64,000 nt of DNA from Takakia lepidozioides. Taxonomy: Eukaryota; Plantae; Bryophyta. The notes under the pieces were generated by a model that was given only the letters and a program-made list of their open reading frames with translations, did no database searches and was not told the origin of the DNA. Positions 13,578 to 26,197 of this stretch are shown here, piece by piece. The DNA lies in the NCBI GenBank assembly GCA_030704615.1, contig CM060731.1, positions 73,098,001 through 73,162,000 on the forward strand, written 5' to 3'. Both the position numbers and the translations under genes were made by a program. Position 1 is the stretch's first letter. Each line of letters starts with the position of its first letter.

Positions 13578-15362
13578 TGTCAAGTTATTTTATCACTAGT
13601 GAAACTAGCTAGGAAATAGCTAGCCTTTACATATTGACATTTGGGATTGGCCCAAGTGTCAATCCAAGGGTCAAGGCAGATTTAGGCCCTGGAGTGGTTA
13701 TCTTCACGGCAAGCGCGGGAGGCTCATCTTTCTCGAGTTGAGCCTCACCGCGCCTAGCTATGGCACCGTAGTGTGGATTCCCCATGACGTGGGGTGCACT
13801 TGGCTTGACTTGTATTTGAGTGATGAGGTTATATATGCATGAGTTTATGCTTCAGCTTTGTGAGCTCGCATGAGCTTGTGCTTGTATTCTTCTTCTTTAT
13901 CACTCGAGAAAGATGAGCTCGTATCTGTGAGTGCCAGATACGAGTTAGTTGTAGCACTTGTGGTTTTTGCTTGAGAATGAGAGAAACCAGGTTGTTATGC
14001 AAGGAGTACCGTGGAGCTCTTGGTTGTTAGAAGCGGAGGCGATGTGGGTTACGAGGTGGTAGACCTTGGCATTCGATCTTCAGCTTCAGAGATGAAAGCA
14101 CCATGCTGCAGGATTGCAAGACCAAGCGAAAGGGCTGATTTGTCTTGGGGCAAATCAGTGCACTTTGTGGAGTATGTTGAGATTGGGTTTCAATCTCGAG
14201 CTTCAGCATTGAGAGGGCTCTTGTCATGGCAAGAGCAAGGCTGGACAAGAGCTAAGAGGTGCGGCAAGGCCATGGAATGTGCACCTAGGGTTTCAGAGCT
14301 TGGAAGAAGAGCTCTTGCACCACAAGAGGAGTGTCTTGTGGCTGGAAATGTAAGCCTTAGGGTTTCAGGAGCTTGGCAAGGGCTGTGGAGTGCTTAGTCT
14401 TGTCTTAGAGAGCATCAAGGAGCTAAGGAGCCAAGATAGGGGGCTGATACCTCTTGTGTGAGGAGGTTGCATGTGTGGAGCATGTATTCAGCTCATTGAA
14501 GCTTCCAGCAAGGAAGAGAGAAGGGCTGACTTCCCTTATGTGAAAGCAATGCACGTGTGGAGCATGCTTTCAGCCTGTTGAAGGCTTGTACTTTCAGGTT
14601 TGGGAGTGCAAGAAAGGAAGGAAGGGGCTGGTTTCTCTGTAGGGCATGTGTGGAGCATGCTTCCAGCTCGCTGAAGCGTGTATTTTCAGGTTGGTGGGTG
14701 CAAGAAAGAAAGCAAAGAGGCTGATTCTCTGGTGGTGAGAGTGGGGCATGTGTGGAGCAGGTGTAGGGAGCTGGAATAGGCTCTAAGACAGATGCTATGG
14801 CCAAGAGAAACGCTTGAATGAGTGCTCACAAGGGCTGGAAACCAACAAGGCTTGGTTGTTTGCCATTGAGTTTAGTGGCGTGTTTGGGGAGTCTAAGTGA
14901 GAAGGAAGGTTTGGTTTGTGGCAACCATCTTCCTCGTGGCTTAGGGCTACTATTGGTGGTGTGTGGGAGCCGAAAAAACAAGAATACCTTGCTTTCTTCA
15001 CAGCCGCCATAGTTCGGTGCAAAGAAGCCTAGAGTCCAAGAGACACAAACCCTAGCTTGGCATGGCTAAACCCCTTGGAGAAATGGCTAAACTGTCATGA
15101 GTGGCCTGTGGGGCTGTGACGGGATGTGACACGCTGTGATGGGTTGTGACAGGCTGTGGCCTGTGGCCTGTGGGGTTGTGACGGGTTATGAGGGGCTGTG
15201 ACAGGCTGTGCCCTGTGGCCTGTGAGGCTGTGACAGGCTGTGCCCAGTGGCCTGTGGGGATGTGACGGGCTGTGAGGGGCTGTGACAGGCTGTGCCCTGT
15301 GGCCTGTGGGGCTGTGACAGAATGTGCCTTGTGGCCTGTGGCACTAGAAGAGAAACCGGCTT
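13578..15362 (+). mobile_element. E0: divergent 5' fragment of the split-repeat Ty3 family (A repeat 13578-13902, self-priming site, non-coding leader), interrupted by E1
   Basis: Starts tgtcaagtta like 15363, 31848 and 43385. Shares ctcatct-tctcgagttgagcc and tggggtg...tggcttgact blocks. Ends tatca followed by ctcgagaaagatgagc. Confidence 0.75.
15100..15341. repeat. Low-complexity tandem repeat (gtggcctgtggggctgtgacaggctgt-type units)
   Basis: Many imperfect gctgtg/gcctgtg/tgtgac units directly visible. Confidence 0.85.
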
Positions 15363-16834
15363 TGTCAAGTTAAATAAGCACAGTGTGAAACTAACTAGAA
15401 TAAAGCTAGTTAGTTGTATTTAACACTTGGATTTAGGTCAAGTGTTAAGTCAGGTGTCAAGTTTAGTTTGACACCTGAACCGTCTTATCTTCACGAGAGC
15501 GTCAGTCGCGCAGCTCATCTCTCTCGAGTTGAGCCTGCGTGACCGAGCTCCTTTATGCTTAGAATCTGAGTGTGCTTATGTAGGGGTATAGGTTGTTGTG
15601 GGGTGGAGTCCCCATAGCTTGGGGTGCCCCTGGCTTGACTATTATCTTAAAGAGTGATGTTGAGGGATTTCATGTTTCTTGTGTGAACAGTGTGTCCTTT
15701 AGCTTTCTATCACTCGAAAGAGATGAGTTGTCTAGTTTTCTAGTGCTAAGCTAGATATGATGTTTTCTGTTTTTAAGCACTATTATAATATAGCTTGGTC
15801 ACAGGGAGCCTGCAGTCAGACTGGCTATGTGTGCCGAGTGGAGCAGTACAGGAAGGCGGAAACCATTTGAAGTGTTGCTGCAACAGTTCAAAGCCAACAA
15901 TAATCAGCCTGGGAGACAATGAGGCCTGCCGTGCTCAGTTTATGAGGGCATTCGTGCTGCAGCGCGAGAAAGACCATTGGTCGGAATCCCCCGTTTGGGC
16001 TGGCTGGGCTTGATTTATATTGGCGACTTGGAGGCGCTCCAGAGTTTCGTTGGTAGTGGGTGCTGAGCCGTTCAGGCTATTCGTGTGTGGCTTGAACCAC
16101 ACCAGCCTGCCTAGCACCTGTGTGAGGGGGCTTGTTACACCACTGCGTGTATATGCTGGGATTCTTGCAGGGCCTGGCTTGTACACGTTCATGATTTCGA
16201 ACTCATCCCGTGTTCTGCCAATACTACCGTCTAGCTCTCGGTTCGATCATATTCCATCGGAAGACATTGACCGTGATGACACTTACAACCATAGTCAGGA
16301 AAGCATCCGTTGGGAGGATAACCGGGGGGTGTAAGTGGATCTCTCAGCCTGTGCGAAGGTAAACTGCGCTGCATGGTTGGTCGCTGTTGCAAATCTGGCT
16401 TCAGACTGCTGCTTCCGTTGGGATTGAGGCTCCTGGACTCTAACCAGAGGAGCCTCAACGGGAAACGGATCAAGAAAGTGCAAAGGTAGTAGAGTCGTCG
16501 TTTTAACTTCCTGGGGTTGTGCATGTCCCTTGTGGAGACGCTTGCAGAATTGAAACTTAACACACAAGCTAGGTTCAAGCGGGTACGTGCCTGTGAGCAG
16601 TGTGCGGGGCCCTTATGCCGAGTTATTCACGCTGGTGGTGTTTCTACTAGTAGGGAGTTATTCTAGCTAACTTCGAGCTATATTGCCTCAGTCCCGTCAT
16701 GCTCATTATGTCTATCATAGTGCACCTTGGCCTTACGTTGTCACAAGAAGACAAATCTAGCTGTGAACCCTGGACCTCGCAAAGTTCTCACATCCTACCA
16801 GGAGTGGAACAAAGAAAGTGCTCGAGAGATCCCC

Positions 16835-17017
16835 ATTGAGAAATTGAAGGTTATCGGTTCCTTGGACAACTGGGCGCAAGAGAATTTGCTACCCCTTTTG
16901 AAGCCCGTAGACAAGTGCTGGCAACCCCAGGACTTCCTTCCTGAAGCTTCATCGGAAAGTTTCTTTGATGAGGTAACGGAGCTCCGAGCCCGGGCCAGGG
17001 AACTGCCTGATGACTAT
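16835..17017 (+). pseudogene. Captured fragment of stearoyl-ACP desaturase (SAD/FAB2-type) inside E1
   Basis: IEKLKVIGSLDNWAQENLLPLLKPVDKCWQPQDFLPEASSESFFDEVTELRARARELPDDY contains the SAD signature LKPVEKCWQPQDFLP...ELPDDY; similarity stops abruptly on both sides. Confidence 0.85.
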
Positions 17018-18045
17018 GTGATGTGGCGTTATAGAGAGGCCAGATACTGGGCCCACTTTGGTACCCTTGGGTAATTGATAAGGTGATAGGAGTTGACCTT
17101 CTCGCCCGTCAGGTCTTGTAGCAGGGAAGAAGGGCTGAAGGAACTCGTCATGCTCTAATTGGCCAATGCTCCAAGTGTGTGGAAATCAGACCAGTTGCAG
17201 ATCACACAGATTACTCAACTACACGATTTTTGGAGGAACAAATGACCTACAGATACGGCACACAAAAGGTCACATCAACAGATCAAGGCTAAGAGTGGAT
17301 TAAGTGTGAGTTTCGGAGATATATGAGCGATTCAGGAGGAAACAAGAGCAGTCGGCCCCATATTGGTCACAGAGCAACGGACGGATTGGATGCGTGATCA
17401 ATCATTGAAATCAAGCATCAAAGTAATCAGTGGAAGAAAGGGTGGAGAGTGTAATAGAGACCTCAAGACATGGTCTGGCAATCGAGTTGAAGTGCAGGCT
17501 GCCACCAATCTCCCTCTATGCGAGCTGGAACTTACAGGAAACGACCTGAGAGTCAGCAGTGATAAGTACATGGGACGGATAACTGAACAAATGTAGCTGA
17601 GGGATGACGAAGCGGCAACGCAGTCCATCATGGAGGAGAAGCCGATTGGAGTTTAACAAATCGAGCTACCCCATGGTAATGGCGAGGCGACCCCAAAACA
17701 GCATAGAACTACCTATTCGGAACCCGTAGATAACCTGGGAACAGTTTTTAATGGTGAGAACATTTTGGTGTTAAAAAATAATAATAATAAAAAACCTTTT
17801 TGATCTAATTTAAATGTTTAAAGAGCCTGGTTGGTCATATCTTTGTCAAATGGGCTCTGTTTGATTCAGTTTTTGAGGAGATAGCTGCAGAAAAGGGGAA
17901 ATCTATCTATCTCGACCTGGTTTGGGACTCTGCTAAAAATCTATGGAATTTTTAGAGTGTGAGTGTGTCATGAAAGATCCACAATTCTGTTTCTAGAACC
18001 TGTTCTGGTCTACATGAGAGATAAATCTGGGGATGTACTCCTTGT

Positions 18046-18570
18046 ATGGCTGGGGGAAATGAGGACGTAATTGAAGGGCAGGTCTCCTCTCTTAGCCTGT
18101 GCACACAAGGGGACACGATTTATGTTTCCCAAGGAACTCAGACTGATTTGAGTGGAGAACAGTTGGACGAGTTGATTGTATACTGGGAGTCAGGCATTAG
18201 CAGTAGACAACAAACTGCTGTAGTTGGCGTTGAGGGCCTCAATATTGCTTTGGACAGTCAGAATTCTGTTGGAGCCAGCACTTCTGCAGCTGTAGGTGAA
18301 ATACCCAAGTGGGTGAAAGTTAGGCTTGGAACACAGCCAAAGACAGCCCCGGGTACCAAGGTGTTCAGCCACAATGCCGTGGTGTACTGGAGCAGAGGAG
18401 CAGGAGCTACACAAGTTTGTGCAATCAGACATGGTTGCAGCCGGACACGCTCTGCACAAGGCAATCACGAGCGGGGGTTCATTAGCAATGACAAGTTTGT
18501 TTTGCTTGAAGGAGATGCAGTCATCCGCAATGAGGACACCCGCAACCGTCTCAAAGCTTTCGAGTTGAGA
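18046..18570 (+). CDS. Accessory ORF of unknown function upstream of gag (E1 copy, C-terminus deleted)
   Basis: MAGGNEDVIEGQ... ORF shared with 34471-35219 in E2. Confidence 0.55.
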
Positions 18571-19047
18571 TCCCCCCCAACACCTGCATGCTTGACTGTG
18601 CGCCATGTTGGTTTTGTGTGGGCGCTTGCTTTCATAGGGATTAGGCCGGATTTGATCATCGGTCAATCCTAGAGTATGCTGTCGGTGGTGAGGCTGGAGT
18701 GATGACCAGCAAGACCACCGGTGTTTCTTCTATGGTGAGACTGGGTTGATGACCAGCCAACCATAGGAGTTCTTGCGGTGGATGCAGGTGCAGGTGCCCT
18801 GAGCCACTGGGGTATGACCCTTAAACTGCAACAGGTGCCTACTCGTGTCACTATTAGAATTAGTAATAGAGCCTTATAGTGTCACGTGGGGGAGGTGCAC
18901 ATTGTGAGTGTCATCACGGAGTTACCCAAGGGTTCTGAGGGGAGTACGGCTACAGGCAGTAGCAGTGAGAGTGGGTTCACCAGACGAGGTGTTTGTTTCA
19001 GACCACCTTCACCTCCACCCTCAACTAGTGCAGAGTGAGACACAGAC

Positions 19048-21263
19048 TTGGAGGCTTCATCAACAGGTGTGCAGTTTCATTCGCCATTGTTGTGGGACGA
19101 CATGGAGGAGATGTATGGAGCTACCAAGGGGCCTCGTAGGTACTCTGGAGCTGTGGGCACAATCGAGTTGGATGACTTTATCCAGAAGTTCGACAGCTGG
19201 TGTGATTTGCAGCAGATGCACAATCCACAGCTATTCACCCTATTCATGGCGTGGAAGGGACTATTCCAGCATTTGGAAGGCCCGCCTATGGACGATTACC
19301 ACGAGTTCAGGCGAAGACATGAAGCAGAGATTGAGGAGTGGATGATGTATTGGTCACCTGACTACGTCTCCATTACTTGAGGCACGACGCGACCAGTAGC
19401 TGCATCAGTACCAATATCACCCACTGCCAGCACTAGTAGTGGAACAAGTAGTGCTGGAACTTCTGCAGGTGGTACCAGTTCAAAAGGTGCTACTACTCCT
19501 CCTGCCACGACTACAACACATGTGCCTAGATTCAACCCGGCGGTGGAGTTCTACAGGAGTTGCGGAGAAACTACCAAGGTGTACGGACAGAGAAGCTGCG
19601 AAGTTTGCAAGACTTCCAGCGCAAACCCAATAAGACCCTGCGAGAGGCGTACACTCATATGAGGCGCTTGATAAGTGTGACCCAAGGGGTTACTAAAGCT
19701 CAGGCAATCCAGTTCTGGTATGGAATTTTAGACAAGGAGCTCAGGAGAAGGGTGCGGGATGCAGCCTTGTTACAAGCAGCCCAACCCACATTAGTAGATG
19801 TGTTTCTGCTGGCTGAGTGGATTGAGCTCAACATAGTGGAGGAGCGAGTTGTTACCATTGGATTTGGCAAAGACATGCCTGCACGAGGCGCAGCTGCCAG
19901 CCCACAGGCACAAGGGACTGCCCAACAGCGTGGTCAGGGGGGCAAGGTTTCCCAACCCAAGTTCCATGGAGCTTACAAGGGACCTTAGGTGCAGAGGCCC
20001 GTGGCATCTTTTGCAGGCCAACAGCAACCAGGGGTGATATGTTGGACATGTGGAGGACCCCATGTCAAGAGAGATTGCCCAGAGAGTGGCAAAAGGCCAG
20101 CACAAGCACAGCCTGCACAGTTGCAGTGTTGGCATTGTGGCAAGTATGGGCATGGAGATGCCCAGTGTTATGACTTGCATCCTGAGTTGTGCCCAAGCCA
20201 GTTCCAAGGGAACAATGGTGGCCGGGGGCGAGGTGGACCAGCCCAGAGAGGACGAGGTGGTCGGGCACGAGGTGCAGGCCAAGGGCAAGCTCAACATGGC
20301 CAAGGACGCGGAGGTCAGGGTGTTGACCAAGGCATGGCCAACCGCTTCAGCAGCTAGAGCAGAGGCTCGCTGCCATGGCTACAGCTCAAGCGGTACCGGC
20401 TCCCAGGCGGGATGGTCCACCTCCTGCGCCTGAGGGAGGAGATGTGGAAGGCATGGGATTCATGTGCGGAGCAGCACTACCACTAGTGCAGGTGGACTCT
20501 GCTGCAGCTGTGACTCGAGGAGCAGCACGAGTTCCTGAGCCACGAGGTACAGAGGTGGAATTGGATCCACAGCGTGGGGAGGCAAGCCGTCAAGCGAGGC
20601 TTCCTCAGTCATTCACATTGGCAGAGACTGTGTCGACGCCATCCATGGCACCTAGTTCTCGCCCGACTGTTACCGAGGCGGAGGTTACTATGCCATTGGG
20701 GAGAGCTACACGTGCAACACTGACACCTGCTACCAAGGCTAGTGCAGCCGGTGTGTTATTGGGGGCAGCCACCTCTATGTGTCAAGCCCCACTGTTCTCG
20801 GCAACCATGATTGCGACGCTGGGGGTAAGACCAGCTGTAGTGTTCAGACTAGCAGCAACACTCTATGAGAGTGGGGAGGTCACTTCATCTTCTGCGGAGT
20901 TAGTGGAAGGTGTAGTGTCAGGGGGATCCTCGGATTTGAGGGTCAAGACTGCCACGGCTGCGCCCTGGCAAGTTGCAGCTGCACGAATGACGGAACTGCC
21001 AGCTAGGCCAGCCTTTGAGCGTGCCATGGTGACACCTGGAGTTGTCTTGTTAGACAACCATGAGGGCATTTTCTCATTGAGTGGACCGGCAGGCAAGAAG
21101 TACCGGCCACTTCGGGTCTTGTTGGACTCGGGAGCTCAGCCACTGATATTGAGCAGAGCTGCTATCACAGGTTTGGGCCTCATGGAAGCGGATATGGAGC
21201 CTTGTCCTTTCCAGATACAGACATCTCTGGGAGGATCAGAGCAGGCTCGGGGCATGATACGGC
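19048..21263 (+). pseudogene. gag (two CCHC zinc knuckles) and N-terminal part of aspartic protease of E1
   Basis: CWTCGGPHVKRDC and CWHCGKYGHGDAQC knuckles; VLLDSGAQ protease motif; stops and frameshifts. Confidence 0.85.
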
Positions 21264-21273
21264 GTGAGGTGCG

Positions 21274-21975
21274 GCACCAAGGGTGCCCATCGTGTTTTTT
21301 GTCCATTCCTTCCATGAGAGTGGAAATTCCCCCCACGCGACCAGAAGGAGGCAGCTCAAAAACAGTATTACCATCAAAAGATTGCGGCAAGAATGCCACC
21401 CTCTGAATATTGAAAGTGCTCCAGTCTATCCCCCTCAACTCACTCTTGAATCCTGCCATCCCACCCATGGCTTTCAGTTTAGGAATGACACTGGTGATCT
21501 CCTCCACATTTGCTTCTTCATGTGGACATGGCTGATCCACGGGCGGTAGTGCACATGCGTCATCGGAGGATGAGCCCGAAAGCTCAACTACAGTGTTTAC
21601 GGTACTCGTCTCCTTTTTGACAACCACGGGTGTTTTCTCCTGGGCCACTGATGCTGCCGTGCCAGGAGTTACGAACGATCCTGCAGACTGTCTCAGAGGA
21701 GCACTAAGCACCCTGTATCTGCCTAGAGGCACTCTCCATTGTGTGGTTGGTGAGGTATGCGAAGGTTTCTGGAACGCGTACTTGAACAGTTTTCCATTGG
21801 CATCGTACACTTCCCTCTGAAGGAATAGAGTTCCGTTTTCCAACCGAAACTGCGTTGCAAGGACGAGTTCATGCACCACCACAAAACCATCATCTTCCAC
21901 CTCGTAAGAAAATGGCACAGGGTGGTCCTCGCTGAAGAAGTCTGCGTTAAGGGAGCCCATGGCATGGGAGGCCAT
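21274..21975 (-). pseudogene. Truncated paralog of the GCM-like gene at 29737-30555
   Basis: DDGFVVVHE...RQSAGSFVTPGTAASV...EITSVIPKLKA...GMDKKHDGHPWC aligns by eye with the 29737-30726 ORF and breaks right after DGHPWC. Confidence 0.75.
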
Positions 21976-23166
21976 CTGCCAATGTTGCTTCTGAACGCAG
22001 AGTTCACCGTCCGATGGTGCTTCTGAATGCAGAGTGTATTAGAGCAAAGTTTTTGGCTGCATAGAAGACGTCCTTACACACAATTGCAGGTATCGGTCTT
22101 GCTTGCAGATCTCCTAACGCGGGTTGGCACATCAAAGAAATGTGTACCCGTGCGAACCAAGCGGATGGTGACAGAGTGCCCAACTGCGGAGTGCATAATG
22201 TCAGCCCTAATGAAAGAATCCAACTGTTATTTCGCAGGTGCCCCAACAGTGCATTGGTTGAGAGGTTGACTGACAGAGCCGCCATTTGGCTGTCATGTCA
22301 GAGAGTCCAGAAGAGATGCCCATTTCCATTCAATTTTAACGGCACCTGCACTGCTGTACAACTGTACATACTTGACATTCCTCTGAAACATCCCAAAAGA
22401 TATTACCCAATAATGAACTTTTTCGGATGAGAGGAGTTTATACCCGAACGAATTTTGGATGGAAGAGGAACTAATGATTTCCGCAGATATTCATAACGGT
22501 TAGATGGGCACGTGTTCGCCATGCATGTGGAATGAGCATGTGGCGAACAGGTTGTTCCGAGCGATCATCTTGGCGTTGAAGGCCTTGCGGTGACCCTCCC
22601 CTAGCCCTCTTTTTCCTTCTTTTCCTTATTGTCCTTGCAACCCTGGATTCTGCAGAGACGGTGACCCCACTCCGAGGGAGAAGCAAACGTCGAAGAACAC
22701 TTTATTTCACATCAAACAAGCAAAGGGCACGCGCTAAGGAGAGGATGAGGAAGGCGAGACGGGAACTTAGAATGGGTGAAGAAACCTCCGGCGGAGATGA
22801 GAACGAAGGGCAAAACAGGATTTTGCAACCACAGTTTGGAGATGAAGGTCTTGAAGTGATCCCGGAGGCGACCGAAGAGCAACCTCCAATAGAAGGGGGG
22901 GAGGACGAGGAAGTGAGCTGGGCTCGGGAGGAAGCACTACGAGTGGAGAACCAGGTCTCGAAAGAGCAGGGAGGAGAGATGGACGCGGAAACTCTACCGT
23001 CCGCCCTTGTTTCGCACCATCGGGACCTCCTCGGAAGCATGCTACCTCCAGACCACATGGAAAAGTTGAATGCCTCAGGAGCATCATCAAGTGCAAAGAA
23101 GAAACCGGAGGTGGCTATGAACTGTCTTTTGCCTCATCTGTTTTTGTCTTTTTCATGCTAAACATA

Positions 23167-23710
23167 GAGGTCGACTTCAACCTTGCGTTGACGCAAGGTT
23201 GATTTCGACCTCCTAAGTATATGATGTGGGCATGAAAATAGTGCAGAAGCTGCACTACAAACAAGCTATGCAGAGCTGGGGAAGATGAATGCTTCCAATG
23301 CATCATCAATTGCTAAGATGAAAGCAGAGATTGCAATCTACTTTTCCAATAGATATTTTGTTTGCTGAACACCAAATCGAGAGCTCCCAATCAACCTTGC
23401 GTCAACGCAAGGTTGATGCCGACCTCCAGAGTGTTTGTTTAGGGTTTAGGTGAATCGAAGCAGATGCAACACTCGAATCAACCTTGCGTTGACGTGAGGC
23501 TGATTTTGATGCCTCTTTTGTTCACTCCAAGAGGCCGAATTCTCGTACAATGAACTGCAAGGTAGGGAAAGTTGATTATTTGAAGCTCCCAGAAAAACCC
23601 TGCGTCAAAGCAAAGCATATATTGGGTTCAAAAGAAATTCCGGGATGCCTTTCAAACTAAGCTACATCCCCATCAATCAACCTTGCGTCAACGCAAGGTT
23701 GATCCATGGG
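23167..23710. repeat. Palindrome cluster ATCAACCTTGCGT-(CA/TG)-ACGCAAGGTTGAT in intron 1 of the ParB-MTase gene (about 5 copies)
   Basis: Copies near 23177, 23390, 23476, 23596 (degenerate) and 23676. Confidence 0.9.
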
Positions 23711-25581
23711 AGCTCAATCTGTCACTCACAGGATATTCATTCTTTGCAGATGAAAAGAAAAAGGAAATCCGTCGGGGAAGATTCGGCAGTGTCAAAAGGT
23801 GATTTTGAGGAAGAGTCATTGGAGGGCCAGTATGAAGACAAGTCCGAGGAGATTATGGGTGGGCAAAAAGTGAACTCGTCGAAGGTGATTATGTCGATGG
23901 AGGTTCCCGGCGGAAACCTGGTCATTCCGCTTTGCAGGATGATCTCCATGCCCGCTGTTCGACCAGCATTGAGGAATGACATCACGAAGTTGAAGAATGA
24001 CTTTGTTCACGGCTATGTCAAGGGATCTGCAGTGTTCTACGTATCCACTATGAACACGAAAGGAGAGGAGTGTCTTGTAACGGAGGACATTGAGCAAAGT
24101 TGGGATGCATGCTGGCGGGATGTCAACAGGGAGTTCGAGTTTAAGTTGTCCAAAAAGGCCTCCACAAAAGCATTCATGGGAAAGATGTTTTTTGTCTGGG
24201 ATGGGAACCACAGACTGCTTGCCTGGATGGATTACATTTCAAGCATGCACACGGACGACATCGAATGGCACTGGAGCGTGGTTTCCATGGTTCTCGACCA
24301 CAAAGGACGTGTTACGCAGCTCCTTACAGCCATGCACGACATAAACAAGTAAGTTGCCAACATTGTGTCTGTTCCGAGTTCCCACAATTTGGAATCCACT
24401 TATGAGTTGAAGGTTTTTCCAGGTCCAATGAAACCTCTCATGTGACGACCAATATCTGCCACACTCTATTCCGCATCCAGAAGATAGGGCTGATGCCATT
24501 GGATTCATTCACGAACGTGCTCAGTCCTCAGCAGATGAAGAGGTGTGCTGAGAAGAAGACAAGCACATGGTACAGCTTGACAAGAGAGGCTTTTCTTGAC
24601 TACATGTACACTGTAAGCTTCTTGACACCTGTTTGTTTGTTGTTACTGCAGATTTTGTCAAGAAACGCCAGTGTTTGATTCTTTTACCTGTTATGAATGC
24701 AGCAAGATATAGCAGAAACGGTTTGAAGGCGAAAGCTGAGTATTATGATTCCCACACAGAAGAGCAGAGGTCTGCAACTGGGCTTGAGGATATGATGAAA
24801 TTCGAGATGAACAATCAAAGGAAGAACCTCATGAGTGCATTCGACAAACAAATCCGGATAGCAGATCCAGGTCTTGGCACGGAATTTCTGGAGCAGGTGA
24901 AAGCACATTATGACAAGTATGGCTCTAAGCCAAAAATGACTCAAGAGAAACTACATCGCCTTTCCATTTCAATGGTGGACAATGCAACCAAAATCAGGTG
25001 GTTGGAGATCTGGAATTCGGATCCACTTGTGAGAGACACCAACATGTTCCCAACTCCTGAGAGGGACTCGAAGACACAAGCAATAAAAGTTGTTAGCGAC
25101 CACACATTCGACCAGTGGCTACACAAAGCCACATTCTGGAGCCAGGTATGGTTTCCACAAAACCATTTTCAGAAAGTAGTGTTGCTCCGTAATGTCTCGC
25201 GAATTCTTATGAGCTTTCTTGTTGCGGTTAGAAAAACGTGCAGTCGCTGCACTTGGGGAGTCCATGGCAGACTACAAAATCCATATGGCTTGCCCCCGGA
25301 TTACACTGGAGGCCTACATCAGGAGATGGAAGCTCGCTGTCTGGAACAACTGCTTCTTCAGGGAGTTTGAGAAAGACAAAGGAATCTCCAGGTCGTACGA
25401 ATTCAAAAACCAGTACAACAGCGAGCAAGCAATGAAACGAGTGTTGTACAGGTGTGACCTCCTTGAAACAAATTTGGTACTTGAAGGGCATGTTTCTGCA
25501 TTCTTGTGTTGTACTTTCTATATAGCAGCTCGAATTTGCAGGTTATGAGGGAGCTCTGAGGGCTCTGGATGTGCAATCGAG

Positions 25582-26197
25582 CAACAATGCGTTAACACAA
25601 GCTTGTTCCCGTTGTTTTGGTTTCAATTTCCTATAGGTGGGGTCTCCCATAATGCCATTTTTTCCATGTGAAGGTGAAAAACTGACAGGAAATCAGCCTT
25701 GCGTCAACGCAAGGTTGATGAAGGACCAGGCTATGTAGGTTTACCTGGGTTTTTGGGCTATAATTTGCTGTCATTTCCAGTTTCAATGTTGCCAAGATGA
25801 ACATAAAGTCTGTTGGAGTCTTTTGAAATGCTATTTAGAGCTTATTCTGTACCATCAAACAGACTTGTTGACGCAACGTTGTTTGGTGGTATGGATTGCT
25901 AGAAATGTCCCGCAGCAATACCCCGATTTCCATACAATTGTAGGAAATTTGTGGTTGTCAGATACCATGGACATGTGTTTCAACAGAGGAAATCAACATT
26001 GCGCCAACGCAATGTTGAATATCCGTACCAGTAGATATTCGAAAGGATTTTCAAGCACTGTTTTCCATTCCCACTGTAAATGAAAACAACCTTGCGTTGA
26101 AGCAATGTTGAATTGCCCTTGTCAAAGAACAGTTCTCCGCATTTTGTGTTTCCCATTTCTCCTCGATTCAACATGCGTCAACGCAAGGTTGATTCGG
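25582..26197. repeat. Second cluster of the same palindrome in the long central intron (about 6 copies)
   Basis: Copies near 25582 (degenerate), 25692, 25861 (degenerate), 25992, 26087 and 26168. Confidence 0.85.

Larger units (their letters stand above)
15363..21263 (+). mobile_element. E1: 3'-truncated copy of the split-repeat Ty3 element (A repeat 15363-15712, cargo, accessory ORF, gag, start of protease)
   Basis: A repeat near-identical to 31848-32196. 17737-21263 is colinear and highly similar to 34158-38104, apart from a deletion equivalent to ~34995-35422. Confidence 0.9.

Noticed and set aside
16727-17074. Functional desaturase gene
   Set aside because: Only a ~60-aa internal fragment within a retroelement; no di-iron motifs or further exons.
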